The notes below the pieces were generated by a model. The model saw nothing but the letters and a program-made list of their open reading frames with translations, had not been told where the DNA came from and made no database searches. A stretch of DNA of 54,392 bases. Origin: Octopus sinensis (Eukaryota). Numbering within the stretch: the stretch's first letter is position 1; each line of letters opens with the position of its first letter. Of the stretch, positions 1 to 12,935 are shown in pieces. The stretch lies in the NCBI RefSeq assembly GCF_006345805.1, contig NW_021833845.1, positions 1 through 54,392 on the forward strand, read 5' to 3'. Both the position numbers and the translations under genes were made by a program.

Positions 1-59
1 AGAAGAGAAGAAGAAGAAGAAGAAGAAGAAGAAGAAGAAGAAGAAGAAGAAGAAGAAGA
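1..59 (+). repeat. (AGA)n microsatellite
   Basis: Perfect AGA/GAA run at the window start. Confidence 0.95.
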
Positions 60-684
60 CTGTTGTGAGTAGGGAGAAGTGGGACACCACCAGTAGCAAC
101 AAGAGCAACAGCAACAACGATAATCATATTTATCACTGGAAGAAACCCTTGGCGTACATTGCTGGCTGCAGCATTGAACAAAACAACGACGGCGGCAGAG
201 ATGGTGTCGGCGGCGGTGGCGGTGGTGGTGGTGGTGGTGTCAGCAACAGCGGTGGTGGGGTGGTGGTTACAATATCGAACTGCAGAGAAGAAACAGAACC
301 AGACTGAACTGGTTACAGTTATTAACTAAGTTAGGAAGGAAAGATGCAAGGTTAGCGTTACAATATTGAATAAGAATCGAAAGACGAAATTAGTTGGAAG
401 TATTGAATTAGAATAAGAAGCAAGGCTGAGAAGAAGTATTGTCAGAGTATTGATTAAGACGCCAGATAAAAGCTGCTGTAAAAATATCAAACGAGGCACG
501 GAACTGTTTTGAGACAGAAACGCGGTAAATCATTAGAACATGGTATATGATACAGAGATATGAATTTATAATTGCAAACGGCTGAATCGATAGTGTCGGA
601 CTAAAAGATCCGAGGGGTTATTGCTTCACAACTCACCGGGGGAAATGCAGTGTCCATGTTGTTTCAGTGACTAGATTGTGGTAT

Positions 685-930
685 CCTTGGAGTGACGTTA
701 CTCGACAAGGAATCTCTCCAGGTCGAGCTGTTACTTCTCTGCATTGAGAGGTCACGGTTCCGGTACTACGAACACGTGACCAGAATGTTGCAGAGAAGAA
801 GAGCAAGAAAGATTTTTTTTTCAAGCCGAAGCAACTTGCAGGAAACTTATGGGGTACACCAACAAACGAGGTGGTTGATAATATCCGTAGTCTCAGTTGA
901 TCATGCTTTGGAATGCAGTCAGAAAGTGTA
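685..930 (+). mobile_element. Degraded RTE-clade (Rex3/Expander-like) LINE, ORF C-terminal fragment
   Basis: Translation GVTLLDKESLQVELLLLCIERSRFRYYEHVTRMLQRR..TRW..DNIRSLS*SCFG matches the RTE C-terminal pattern LLLRIERSQLRWFGHVTRM..RPRTRW.DNI..LSWSRLG, with frameshifts. Confidence 0.7.
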
Positions 931-2307
931 AGAATAAGGTCCTATACGCCCATAACCCTCCTAGAAATATCGGATGGAGAAAATAGATGAATGGAAAGGT
1001 TGTAATATTAGAACATCAACTTATCGATAACTAAGTCTATCTAAGTTGTAAACAATAGCTGAATCCGCACCAACAAAGGGAAGCCTCTGCGCAATCGGTC
1101 GACCGACTAGAAATAGTTAGCAAGTCTCACTCAACTTACACATTACATATTTTTGCACAAAAGAATATACTGAGTAATACAGTGCTAGTTATATTACACT
1201 TGAACATAAGACAAGAAGGTCATGACTGGACCGCCTAACTCTATGTTGTATGTTGCAGCTTCTTTTATTGTTGTTTACATCCAGATCAGTCGTTCAAGCC
1301 GTGGGCACGCTGTTTTTCAGACTTGAGTTTGTATCATTTCTTGTTTTTTTAAGACTTCTCTGTTGCTGATATTCAGAACAGTAAGGCCAGATGAAGTACT
1401 GAATCCCAATGGCTTTCTATCTAAACCTAACAACACCGTTATAGTAGCAATGATCTCCACCAATCGGATTTTTAAAAATTTATTTGCAGCTCTAAGCTTC
1501 AATATATTGTACGGGGCTGGGATATGAAACGAGTACTCCCATTACACCAATACGATTCTTGTATTGAGGAAACAATGTTTATCACTTTATCGATAATCCA
1601 GTCAATTACTTGACCTTTGTGACTAGAGATATCTACGGTTACACCGACTGACCGACAGACTGACCGACTGACTTGATATTATGAACTGAGGAAAGGATGA
1701 GATGGTCACACTCAGACCAATGAGTGACCAGGTTGAAATACATCGTGCCATGGAGTGAAGTGATTTAGATTTTCACCTTATATGACACGGGTCACCAATC
1801 AATAAATTATAAAAAGTCCTACTAATGTTTACGAACTTGAAGTTGACCGTGCAGTTGCACACAGTTCCACTGTGCTCTACTCTGATTCAGAATTATTATG
1901 ATAGAATATACAACAATGAGCCCAAGGGTCACCAGTTCGCGTTCTGGTAGAGTCAGTATTGGTGCTGGATGCCAAGACATTTAATATCCTATTGCCAAGT
2001 TCACGTAGATCTAAACATATGAAAGTGAGGCGTGATTCGTCGATTTGTTGGAACATGATCAATACTTTGTGTGGAGAAAACTGCCTGCAATAGACTAGCA
2101 TCCTATCCTGGAGTCAGTTAAGATTTGTCCATCGTACGTTTAATAATACCGCCAGTATTCAGCTTTGATGTATCAAAACAAAAATATACATTGTATAAAT
2201 AATCCGAATTACAATGTCTAGGGAAAGTATGGGACGGTCATGGCTGGAGCTTCGGAATCACAAACAACCGTCTTTAAAATGTACATTTTAGCCTTCGATA
2301 CCTAGAC

Positions 2308-2379
2308 AACAAATGGGGGTGGCCTTAGTTGGATTGCCTTTAAGAACAGATCTTCTCAGTCAGTTTGGGCCTGGACCTA
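2308..2379 (+). repeat. 72-bp dispersed direct repeat, copy 1 (copy 2 at 3811-3882)
   Basis: AACAAATGGGRGTGGCCTTRGTTGGATTGCCTTYAAGAACAGATCTTCTCAGTCAGTTTGGRCCTGGACYTA, 67/72 identical by manual alignment. Confidence 0.85.
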
Positions 2380-3179
2380 AGCCACAACAACACCATTTAT
2401 ACATACAAGCATAAGCCAACGAGGAGGCCTCTACGTGGACGTTTGGTCTGTTATAAATAACAACTTTATTTCCCTCTTTAAAAAGCAACAGTGTATAGCC
2501 GTAGATAGACATAGGTCAATGTAGTCTAAGGTACGCTTGAGTACATACTATAGTCATAGATATACTTAAGTCTGCGAATTGGCACGCTAGAATGCCAACA
2601 CAGACACACGCATTATCCGTGTGTGTTTGCCTTTGTGTTCATCTCCTCACAGCTTTACGGCAGGTGTTGGTTTGTTTATGTCCCGTAACTTAGCAGTTCG
2701 GCAAAAGAGACTGACAGAATAAGTACTGGAGTCGATCTTTTCTACTAAAGCACTCCAAGACTCAACACAGTGCTCCAGCATGGCTGCAATTCAATGACTG
2801 AAACGAATAAAAAGTTTAAAATAAAAGATGAAAAAAAAATATAAATAACTGGCTACAAAATTGCACTGAGTATCGCTAAAATGGAACTGGTTACAACATT
2901 GAGCACGACAGAAAGACAAGCTGAGAAGAAATGGTCAAAACAGATATTGATTAAGAATACGGAAGTTTGCAGCAGATACATTTCAAACAAGTAACAACAC
3001 TGACTTTATAGTCTGCTAATACTTCTCTTGTAGGAAGGACTAACACATACAGACACAGACAGCCTGTAGCCTGCAGCCTGCAGTTATAATATTTCATTCG
3101 CCATTCTACCTCCAACACCATCGCCATTATCTTTTCAGCTATTCGAGTCTATTGATTTATAAACATTGGCATAAGACAG

Positions 3180-3810
3180 CGTACGTTGTTGTAGAGGAAG
3201 TGGGAGGACTTTGTGCCGAGAGGTGTAGTGTCAGGAGATGTAGCAACGTGAGGGTTAGTTCCTGGGAGGGAATTGAGCTGGGCGAGATTCTGTGGAAGGG
3301 TTAGTATCGGGTGGGGGGCAATGCCGAAACATACGTTGCTGGGAGGGACAGGACTAGGAGAGGTAGTGAAGGAGGTGAAGTCTCAGGAGAGGTCGTACCA
3401 GGTGGGAGTTAATATCAGGAGGTGTAGTATCAGGGAGCGTAGTGTGGAGTAGTGGCGGAGGCGTAACATCGGGATGGATGGGTTCTGTGGGAGGTGCAGT
3501 ATCAGGGAAGAGTGTACCGTGTTGGTCATAGCTGGCGTGTAGTGTTAGAGGGGTTATGCCATGAAGGATAGTATTGGGGCGTGGAGGATTTAATACTTGG
3601 AGAAGGTAGCGTCGGGTGGCTTAGTGTCAGGGAAATCGTGCATTAAGGAGTAGTGTGGGGGAGGTGGAGTCGTGTGGGAGGGGTGGGAGAAGTATGAGAG
3701 AGGTGGGTACAGTGGAGAGGTGGGTAGCGTGGGAGAGGTGGATGTAGTGTTGGAGAGGTGGGTAGTGTTGGAGTGGTGGGGGTAGTGTGAGAGGGATGGA
3801 GGTAGTGTGG
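3180..3810 (+). repeat. Degenerate G-rich minisatellite (~17-20-bp units such as GGAGAGGTGGGTAGTGTT)
   Basis: Recurring AGAGGTGGGTAGTGT-like units, clearest at 3690-3810; the overlapping Pro/His/Thr-rich ORFs are by-products. Confidence 0.65.
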
Positions 3811-3882
3811 AACAAATGGGAGTGGCCTTGGTTGGATTGCCTTCAAGAACAGATCTTCTCAGTCAGTTTGGACCTGGACTTA

Positions 3883-4260
3883 TGTGGAACCTCAAGATTA
3901 AAACAATACCTGCTGTCATAGGTGCCCTAGGAATGATAGCAAAAGGGGCTGATTGCTACCTAGCTCAGATACCAGGAAACCCCAAAATGGCAGAAATTCA
4001 AAAGACAGTGCTCATGGGAACGGCCCATATCCCATGTAACATACTATCTATGTAATCTCAAATTTTAAAAACAAACATAATTTTCTTATGGTTTCTTAAA
4101 CATTCTCTTGAACAATATGGTGCAAAACCAAATATATGACACCCTAGGCATAACACCAGCCTGAACTTCTAACTTGTCTCATGAGGTCTCTTGTTGAGAC
4201 TTGTAGCCAACTTTTACAAATGCAAATCAAAAGTCAAACATAAAATGATAATAATAATAA
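3883..4260 (+). mobile_element. R4/Dong-type (RLE) non-LTR retrotransposon, 3' fragment with 3' UTR and (ATA)n tail
   Basis: MWNLKIKTIPAVIGALGMIAKGADCYLAQIPGNPKMAEIQKTVLMGTAHI matches the R4/Dong C-terminus (MWNMK..IPVVIGALG..IQKTALLGTA.I); stop at 4053-4055, then a UTR ending in ATAATAATAATAA. Confidence 0.8.
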
Positions 4261-5109
4261 TGGCTTGTAATTTAGACTCAAACACGACAAAGCTATAAAA
4301 AGCACAGTAAACTAAGGAGATGAAATATAGTTATGTACCGTCATATTTAATATGTTCATATACATTCGGACATGTTAAATACAACTATACAAGACTACAT
4401 TTAATTCAAAGCTACTTTGTGTGATTTAAGTGATTTACTGTAACTTAACAAAGTGTTTCATACATTAGGAAATGTATCATTTGCTACTCTAATATAAGAG
4501 CGTCCAGCGTTTACTGACCGACAATTACGGTTTGGCATACTTAGCTGATGAAGCATAAAGACGCAGAAATGCATGTGTCCTATTATCCGCTGACGTAATT
4601 CGCGGCTTAGTGGCGTATTTATACCTATATTGGAGAATTTATTCTCTTGTGACACATTGTGCAGCGTATTTCTCGTACACAGCATGTTAAATGTGACTGT
4701 ACATAAATATATTTCATTGAACGCTTCTTAATGTGAAGTTAATTAAAACTGATAAAAAGCGAATCTTTTGCAAATTAAAAAATGATACAGACCGGTGTGG
4801 TCCCTGTCCTTAAAGATAAATAATGGAAGCAAAAGACATGTTTCGATCTATCAAGACCTTCTCAGTGAAGCATATTCTTATCAATTAAGAAAACTTCTGA
4901 GAGAGCAATATAAACAGAAGTGAAGAAAAATTAGTGAAGCTGGCAATGATTAACACCAATATGGTTTAGGGTATGGTACATCAGGGTAGGGTTAGCCATA
5001 ACTGACCTGTATTGTTTTTACGATACGCATATTCCATAATTCGATAATCGGTACGGGAAAGGCTTTTGCCTTAACTGGAATATCTACATTATTATTATCA
5101 TCATCATCG

Positions 5110-5171
<62 letters not shown>

Positions 5172-6816
5172 GAGTGACACTGGAATAAAATATACGAAGC
5201 CCATCATGACTACCCGTCTGATAAGGGTACACCAGGCACATGCATCACAACCATATGTGCGCGCAGGCGGGCAGGTTGATGTTGAACCCTATCTGGTATG
5301 GGAAAGCAGCACAGCAGGTGTGAAACCTTAGCGGAAGAATTGTCAACCTAGTCAACGCTAAGGTGCACAAGATGCTGGGCAGAGAAATCGAAAAAAGATC
5401 AAAAAAGGTCAGCCAGTTCAATCAGAGAAATACTGACTCACACTGATGATTATATTGAGACATCGAAAAACTAGTCATGACTATTAGAACATTCCAGAAA
5501 CTCATACCGCCTCGATTGTAGTAATAAAGGTTTTTAAGTAAGACACAATCTTGACAGGAGTATTTCGTCGATGCTATCGGCCCAAGTGCTAGGCTGGTAG
5601 TCTATTTTTCGAATTCGGAGGGCTGAAAGACAAAGTTGGCTTTGGCAGGATTTGAACTCAGAACACGAAGAGACGGAACAAAACACTTTTTTGCATTCTA
5701 ATACTTCTACTAATCCAGAATTGCTTCCAATAAAAACTAGGATTTTATACAGATCGTCTGATACTGGCGATGCCGTTCCCACGACTCGATGGAATGGTTT
5801 TAGTGTGCTTTTCAGTGTCTCCATGAAATTATATAACTTAGCTTCAGTTTCTTAAGTGGGGATTTTTGGCTTTGTTTTGGTTTGGGAGCGCTCGAGCCCT
5901 AGGACTTATAAAGCCGGTTATTCGCTTCCCATGGCGTATAAGCGATTGAGATAATAAAATTCCTTTTAACGAGACGCCCGTCCGCTGTAGAGTTCAAGTC
6001 CTGCAACTTTGAGGAGAGAAGGCGAGTCGATTGTATCTACCCCAGTATTTGACTGGTACTTTATTTTATCGAAAGCAAAAGAACGTAATGCCCTGTCGAC
6101 CTCAATGCGATTTGAACACAACGTAAAATGCGGCAAGAAATACCGCTGAGGAATTTGTCCGACGCAATATGCTTTTACATATTGATTCTTCTAGCTTTTA
6201 TTAGTCATTGATTTTTAAAATGCTTTTGTGTTTGTGTGTGTGATTCTTTTGTTTAAGTTCAGCGAATTTAATACAAAATACGCTTTTCTGAATTTGACTT
6301 ATTAGCGAACTGAAAAACTCGATCAGGTTACCAAGTAATATACAGTCTATGGTACTAAATGACCGACTGTTTCGTCAGTATAGTTCTTGACCAACAGTAT
6401 TTCAGTGCATATAAATAGATGAGGACAGAGATATGGTATAGCATTTCGAGATTTTATTCTCGACAAAGGAAAACTAAACACAACAACAGGAAGCATTAAA
6501 AATAGGGAATAAAATTTTATTGCGCTGTTAAAATTTGCAAAACTACGACACGAAAACAAGAAAAAACTAAGAGAACGAAATTTACAATAGAATAAGAAGT
6601 AAAAACAATACAAATAAGACTTGTATATTATCTTTTATCAATTGTTTTAGTTATTTGACTGCGACCATGCTGGGGCTCCACCTTGAGAGATTTCTGTCCA
6701 AAGAAAACCACCTCCAGAACTTATTTTGAAGTTTGATACATATTCAATCGGCCTCTTTTGCCGATTGACTACACCGGTTGTCAAGAGTTGAGGGAACAAG
6801 ACATAAAGACGCACTT

Positions 6817-6855
<39 letters not shown>

Positions 6856-7984
6856 CATATATATATATATAGTGTTAGAGATAGAAACACCCACAGCTTC
6901 ATCAACTCCAAACGATATTAACTCAACCAAGCCATAAAATGTTAAATAATATACTTACTATTTATATTCATAATCGGGATGAATATAAATAGTCAGTTTG
7001 GGGTTGTAGTAGAAAATATTTACCCACAGTGCCACACAGTGAAACTGAACCCTAAAACCACATGGCTGCAAAGCAGGCGTCTTAACTACACACCTATGCT
7101 TTCGCCTATATGGAAAAGGCTTTTTTTTTTAATCTTCAGATTCTTAAACTAACCACAGTTATCAATTCTCTTAAATTCAGAAACTTTAACGATATTATTG
7201 ATATCATTGTTTGTATAAACCGGTTTATATTGTCTGAAATATTGCTGTATCCAGTTAAAATGTTATTTTCTACGCCCTCTAAAACATTACAGGGGCCTCT
7301 TTATAAATGATATCGTATTCTAGTCGTCAAGGCACTGTATGATTTTAGGACCCACTCAAATAATCCACAAATTGATGGCACTTCCAAAAAACCTGTTTGT
7401 ATTAGGTCCTAGTCTGTGACCCTCATTCAAAGATCCTTCTAAGAGAGATCAATCTCCTTTCATAAATGCCTCAAAAGTTTTGTTGATGGGCACGTGAGGC
7501 CCTTATAATTGACTCCTTAAACCAGAAGGAATCATTTCCATTTTTGTCTTCAGTCGCTGCATCCTTTCTTGGTCCCCACAAAAATAGGGAAAGCTTTATA
7601 AGGGAGCCACCAGGAGGCCTTGATCTTATCCACAACACAATCATCCATCTATCCCTTTCTACAACATGAACAGAATTCCCACGAAAATTTTGGTCATTTG
7701 ACAAAGTTTTTTTCTCTGAAAGATAAGCACTGCCAGCAGTCTTCTTTCATCTGTACCACGCATTATGTCCCGGCATAATAGCTTTTCCCATCTACACATG
7801 GTTTTACATCGACAGTTTTAGTCGCTTTAAACTATGTACTGTTTGATACTAACATCAAACGATAACAGCATCTCGTCCATTTTACTGATCTCATCCAAAG
7901 CATACTCACTTTCTTTACTCACACTTATTAGGAAATTCAATTATTTTCTGGTAATAATGTTCTGATATTCATTGTGCCATTCTT

Positions 7985-8013
7985 ATGTTCGTTATTATTA
8001 TCATTATTGTTAA

Positions 8014-8050
<37 letters not shown>

Positions 8051-8096
8051 GTTATTGTTATTGTTGTTGTTGTTGTTGTTGTTATTGTTATTGTTG

Positions 8097-8128
<32 letters not shown>

Positions 8129-8227
8129 TATTATTATTATTATTATTATTACTGTTGGGTGAGAGAGCAGTGCGTGCCATCTATTATTATTGCTGTTGTT
8201 GTTATTGTTGTTTTATTGTTATAGTTG

Positions 8228-8266
<39 letters not shown>
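7985..8266 (+). repeat. Compound (ATT)n/(GTT)n microsatellite
   Basis: Direct reading. Confidence 0.95.
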
Positions 8267-8331
8267 GCATGTGTCCCTTCACAAAACTATAACATCATCT
8301 TAATGGGACATGAAAATCATTGAAACCTTAA

Positions 8332-8360
8332 ACTACAGCCAAGAAATTCTTGGCTGTAGT
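8332..8360. other. Perfect 14-bp inverted repeat with a 1-nt loop
   Basis: ACTACAGCCAAGAA-A-TTCTTGGCTGTAGT. Confidence 0.9.
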
Positions 8361-8816
8361 ATTCACTTGTAATAGTTTTTGTTGGCACTCTTCTACCTGA
8401 TTGTTCATCTCTTGACAAAATTCCGACCATTTATTTAGCTGCAGACTTACAGAGTTTATGGTTATTCCTTGATCCAGGTTTCAGCAAACTCTTTCCTAAT
8501 TGCTTGAATTTTCTTTGCGGTTGGAAATGACCCAAAACTACCCCCAACTCACTTCTCCGTTGCCATGCTAATTAACATAATTAATTACTCATATGTTATG
8601 GTTAATGATCTGAGAATACCACAATGTATACTTGTTAGAATATTAAGTTATAGTCGGTTACAAATGTAAATCCCTTCTGACGCGAACAGATTTGGATTTG
8701 AACTGGTTAGGGTCAAAGCCTTCTAAATGGAGGACAAAGGTTATGTTGCTAATTTCAAAAAGATACACTTGGAATTATTTTTTATGTGCAAAGTCGGTGA
8801 AAGAGAGCTCATTTGA

Positions 8817-9998
8817 TATAAAGTAAGACTAGGGCAGTAATATACAACATAAAGTAAGACTAGAGCAGTAATATACAGCATAAAGCATAACTAGAGCAGT
8901 AATATACAACATAAAGTAAGATTAGAGCAGTAATATACAACATAGATTAAGACTAGGGCAGTAATATACAACATAAAGTAAGACTAGGGCAGTAATGTAC
9001 AACATAAAGTAAGACTAGAGCAGTAATATACAACATAAAGTAAGATTAGAGCAGTAATATACAACATAAAGTAAGACTAGGGCAGTAATATACAACATAG
9101 ATTAAGACTAGGGCAGTAATATACAACATAAAGTAAGATTAGAGCAGTAATATACAACATAGATTAAGACTAGGGCAGTAATATACAACATAAAGTAAGA
9201 CTAGGGCAGTAATATACAACATAAAGTAAGACTAGAGCAGTAATATACAACATAAAGTAAGATTAGAGCAGTAATATACAACATAGATTAAGACTAGGGC
9301 AGTAATATACAACATAAAGTAAGATAAGAGCAGTAATATACAACATAGATTAAGACTAGGGCAGTAATATACAACATAAAGTAAGACTAGGAGAGTAATA
9401 TACAACATAAAGCAAAACTAGAGCAGTAATATACAAACTAAAGTAAAACTAGAGCACTAATATACAACATAGAGTAAGACTAGGGCAGTAATATACAACA
9501 TAAAGTAAGACTAGAGCAGTAATATACAACAGAAAGTAAGACTAGGAGAGTAATATACAACATAAAGCAAAACTAGAGCAGTAATATACAAACTAAAGTA
9601 AAACTAGAGCACTAATATACAACATAGAGTAAGACTAGGGCAGTAATATACAACATAAAGTAAGACTAGAGCAGTAATATACAACATAAAGTAAGACTAA
9701 GGCAGTAATATACAACATTGAGTAAGACTAGAGTAGTAATATACAACATAAAGTAAGACTAGGGCAGTAATATACAACATAAAGTAACACTAGAGCAGTA
9801 ATATACAACAGAAAGTAAGACTAGGGGAGTAATATACAACATAAAGCAAAACTAGAGCAGTAATATACAAACTAAAGTAAGACTAGAGCACTAATATACA
9901 ACATAGAGTAAGACTAGAGTATTAATACACAACATAAAGTAAGACGGGGGCAGTAATATACAACATTGAGTAAGACTAGGGCAGTAATATGCAACATA
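8817..9998 (+). repeat. 31-bp minisatellite, about 38 copies, consensus ACAACATAAAGTAAGACTAGRGCAGTAATAT
   Basis: Period of 31 read directly (e.g. ACAACATA at 9061 and 9092); no spacers between units. Confidence 0.97.
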
Positions 9999-10378
9999 TA
10001 ACGGATAAACAGAGTCAACTGAAACATCATTCAAGGCATGTATATTAAAATTATTTCCATCTTATGCTGTACTACTTATCAATCTACGCTTGCAACAAAT
10101 TCAATAGTAGATCAATTGTTTTCATTTTAATTACATATTCATGTTGGAGAAAGAGGAGATTCAAAAAATTGAATGCTGCAAATCTCGATCGTTCTTCTGC
10201 TTCAATAGAAACATAACCAAACCGGAAGATATAGCGCACAAAACTGGATCAAATACTGCACCGCATTCTATCCGGTTCTGTAACGATTCCACTAAAACGC
10301 TATTATATATACTAACATAAAATACGCATATCTGTTTTAACCATGACACAAGTATGCTTCTGTATACTGACGCAAGTA

Positions 10379-10794
10379 AGGCGGCGAGCTGGCAGAAACG
10401 TTAGCACGCCGGGCGAAATGCTTAGCGTTATTTCGTCTGCCGCTACGTTCTGAGTTCAAATTCTGCCGAGGTCGACTTTGCCTTTCATCCGTTCGGGGTC
10501 AATTCAATAAGTACCAGTTACGCACTGGGGTCGATGTAATCGACTTAATCCGTTCGCCTGTCCTTGTTTGTCCCCCTTTGTGTTTAGCCCCTTGTGGGTA
10601 GTAAAGAAACATGTATTTCGTCTCCCGTTACGTTCTGAGTTCAAATTCCGCCGAGGTAGACTTTGCCTCTCATCCTTTCGGGGTCGATAAATTAAGTGCC
10701 AGTTACGCACAGGGGTCGATATAATCGACTTAATCCCTTTCTCTGTCTTTGTTTGCCCACTCTATGTTTAGCCTCTTGTGGGCAATAAAGAAAT
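10379..10794 (+). mobile_element. tRNA-derived SINE family B, dimeric copy, with 13-bp TSD AAGTATGCTTCTG (10350-10362 and 10795-10807)
   Basis: A-box-like GGCGAGCTGGCAGAAACGTTAG and B-box-like GAGTTCAAATTC; central CCTTTCATCC..GGGGTCGAT block; tail ..GTGGGTAGTAAAGAAA. The second unit restarts at GTATTTCGTC (~10613). Confidence 0.9.
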
Positions 10795-10894
10795 AAGTAT
10801 GCTTCTGCGAGCTAAATTCATATAAAAGTATACACACATGTATAAACGCCATTATCAGAACTTCAAGAAAGTTTTTGGTGTGAGCGTGCGCATA

Positions 10895-11092
10895 TGTGAC
10901 CTCGTGAAGACGACCTGCAATTTTTTTTCCTCTGTCCTCCCGTCACGGGATCTTTCTTTCTTTCTCTATGTTCCGACGAAGAGCTCCGCTCGAAACGTCA
11001 TACCCTCCTTCTTCCATTTTCCTGAGCGCCTAATATATAATACTGTAATTGTTCCACGTGTTGTTGTTTTTTCTGTTTTCCCGTTTGGATTA

Positions 11093-11095
<3 letters not shown>
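10895..11095 (+). mobile_element. Short (TA)n-associated element (Penelope pLTR-like) carrying a hammerhead-like motif
   Basis: Same family as 15812-16016 (inverted copy); ends in GGATTAAC followed by (TA)n; contains CCGACGA-A-GAGC-TCC-GCTC-GAAAC-GTC. Confidence 0.7.
10970..11003 (+). ncRNA. Minimal type-I hammerhead ribozyme-like motif (CCGACGA core variant)
   Basis: gtt CCGACGA A GAGC tcc GCTC GAAAC GTC atac; stem II intact, stem I imperfect. Confidence 0.55.
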
Positions 11096-11160
<65 letters not shown>

Positions 11161-11566
11161 CCCAGAATTTGGCATCTCTCCGTTATATTATTCTACACCA
11201 GCGGAATTAATTACGATTTCTATAGACAAAGGAGTCAAAAATTTTGGCCTTCTTGCTTTTCTTTCCCTTTCTTCTCTTTTCATTTTTTCCATCAACCTTT
11301 TTTGTGCTTTTCTGGCCATTTTTTTCTCTCATGCTTTCTCATAAGGCAGCGTCCTGACTTTCGAATAGCTTTAATGGTATGCACTGAGCCTGGATGATTG
11401 CTTGCACACACATAACATGTTATAAAATCTACCAACTAGTGTATCTCACAGCCTGAAACTATTAGAAGTAGCTCCTTTGAAATTTCTTTATATTAAATGA
11501 TATATATATATATATATTATATATATATATATATATATTATGTGTGTGTGTATGTATGTATGTATG

Positions 11567-11641
<75 letters not shown>

Positions 11642-11905
11642 AAATATTATATACATATATGTATATATATACTATATATATTTATACATTTATGTATATA
11701 CATATATGTATATATACATATTGTATATATAGATATATATATATATTATATATACATACATATATATATGTATATATATATATATATATATTTATACATT
11801 TATGTATATACATATGTATATATACATATGTATATATATATAGATATATATATATATATATATATATACATACATATATATATGTATATATATATATATA
11901 TATTT
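11096..11905. repeat. (TA)n / TATG-rich microsatellite tracts
   Basis: Direct reading; source of the YI/IY-repeat ORFs. Confidence 0.9.
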
Positions 11906-12039
11906 TAATAGCGAAGAGAAAGAAGAGAAAACCAAGAAAGTTAAGATCTTCGTCTCTTTTTCTGCGGAAACCATAATTAATCTCACTTGTGCAGAATAAT
12001 ATCCAGAGAGAACAAATTTTGTGGGATATATGCGCACAA

Positions 12040-12071
<32 letters not shown>

Positions 12072-12881
12072 ACACGTACACACATACCAAGAACTTAGAC
12101 CTTCATATATATGCATACAAAAACAGACATACACACAGATGTATATATAAGTGTGTGTGTGTGCTAGTGAGTGTATACATTACATGTATGCATATATATA
12201 TATATAAAGACACACACATGACTAAGATCCTCTTTTGAGTTTCTGGCGATGACGTGAATACATGCATGTATTTTTTACACGAGTTTATTATATAAAAAGC
12301 ATTATTGAATGTATGTGTAGGTATATATATAAATATGCATGTATATGTATGGGTGGTGTGTGTGCATGTGTATGTGTAAGTATACCTGTGTGTGTGAGTG
12401 TGTATTTGTATGTATTTATATGTATGTATGGGTGGTGTGTGTGTGTAAGTAATATATATATATAATATATATTGATTTGTATGTATGTATGTATGTATGT
12501 ATGTATGTATGTATGTATGTATGTATGTATGTATGTATGTATGGGTAATATGTGTATGAGTATGTATGCGCGTGTGTATGTGTGTGCGTGTGTTTGTCTC
12601 TGTTTCTTTGAAATGTTTTCTCAAATACATCCATGTTTTCCTTTTCTTCCATTTCCTTTGTCTTGGATTTTATTTCTTGTTTTTTTTTCTTTTCCTTTTC
12701 TATTTTTTCTGCTTGTTTTTGTTTATCATTCATAACAGTTTGTATTTTTGCTCTTGTCGTTTTTTATTTGTGTTACAACTGTTGGTATTGTTTACTTTAA
12801 CGATGATGATGATGATGATGATGATGCCAGTGATGATGATGATGAGGAGGAGGAGGAAATTGATGAAGACAGTTTCGACGG

Positions 12882-12935
<54 letters not shown>

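Larger units (their letters stand above)
7300..8560 (-). mobile_element. Highly degraded R4/Dong-like LINE remnant interrupted by an (ATT/GTT)n array
   Basis: Frameshifted pieces (KKIQAIRKEFAETWIKE..NGRNFVKR; EKLLCRDIMRGTDERR; DKIKASWWL) resemble the region of R4-type ORFs upstream of the RLE domain. Weak, by-eye similarity only. Confidence 0.35.

Noticed and set aside
1900-2140. Possible second RTE remnant (..SILSWSQLRF..)
   Set aside because: Similarity is limited to a few residues across frameshifts; not supportable without an HMM search.
8817-9998. CRISPR array (repeat length ~31 bp)
   Set aside because: Units are contiguous with no unique spacers, there are no cas genes, and the context is eukaryotic.
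11660-11895. ~110-bp duplication inside the AT microsatellite
   Set aside because: Very low complexity; slippage or assembly error is equally likely, so it is uninformative.
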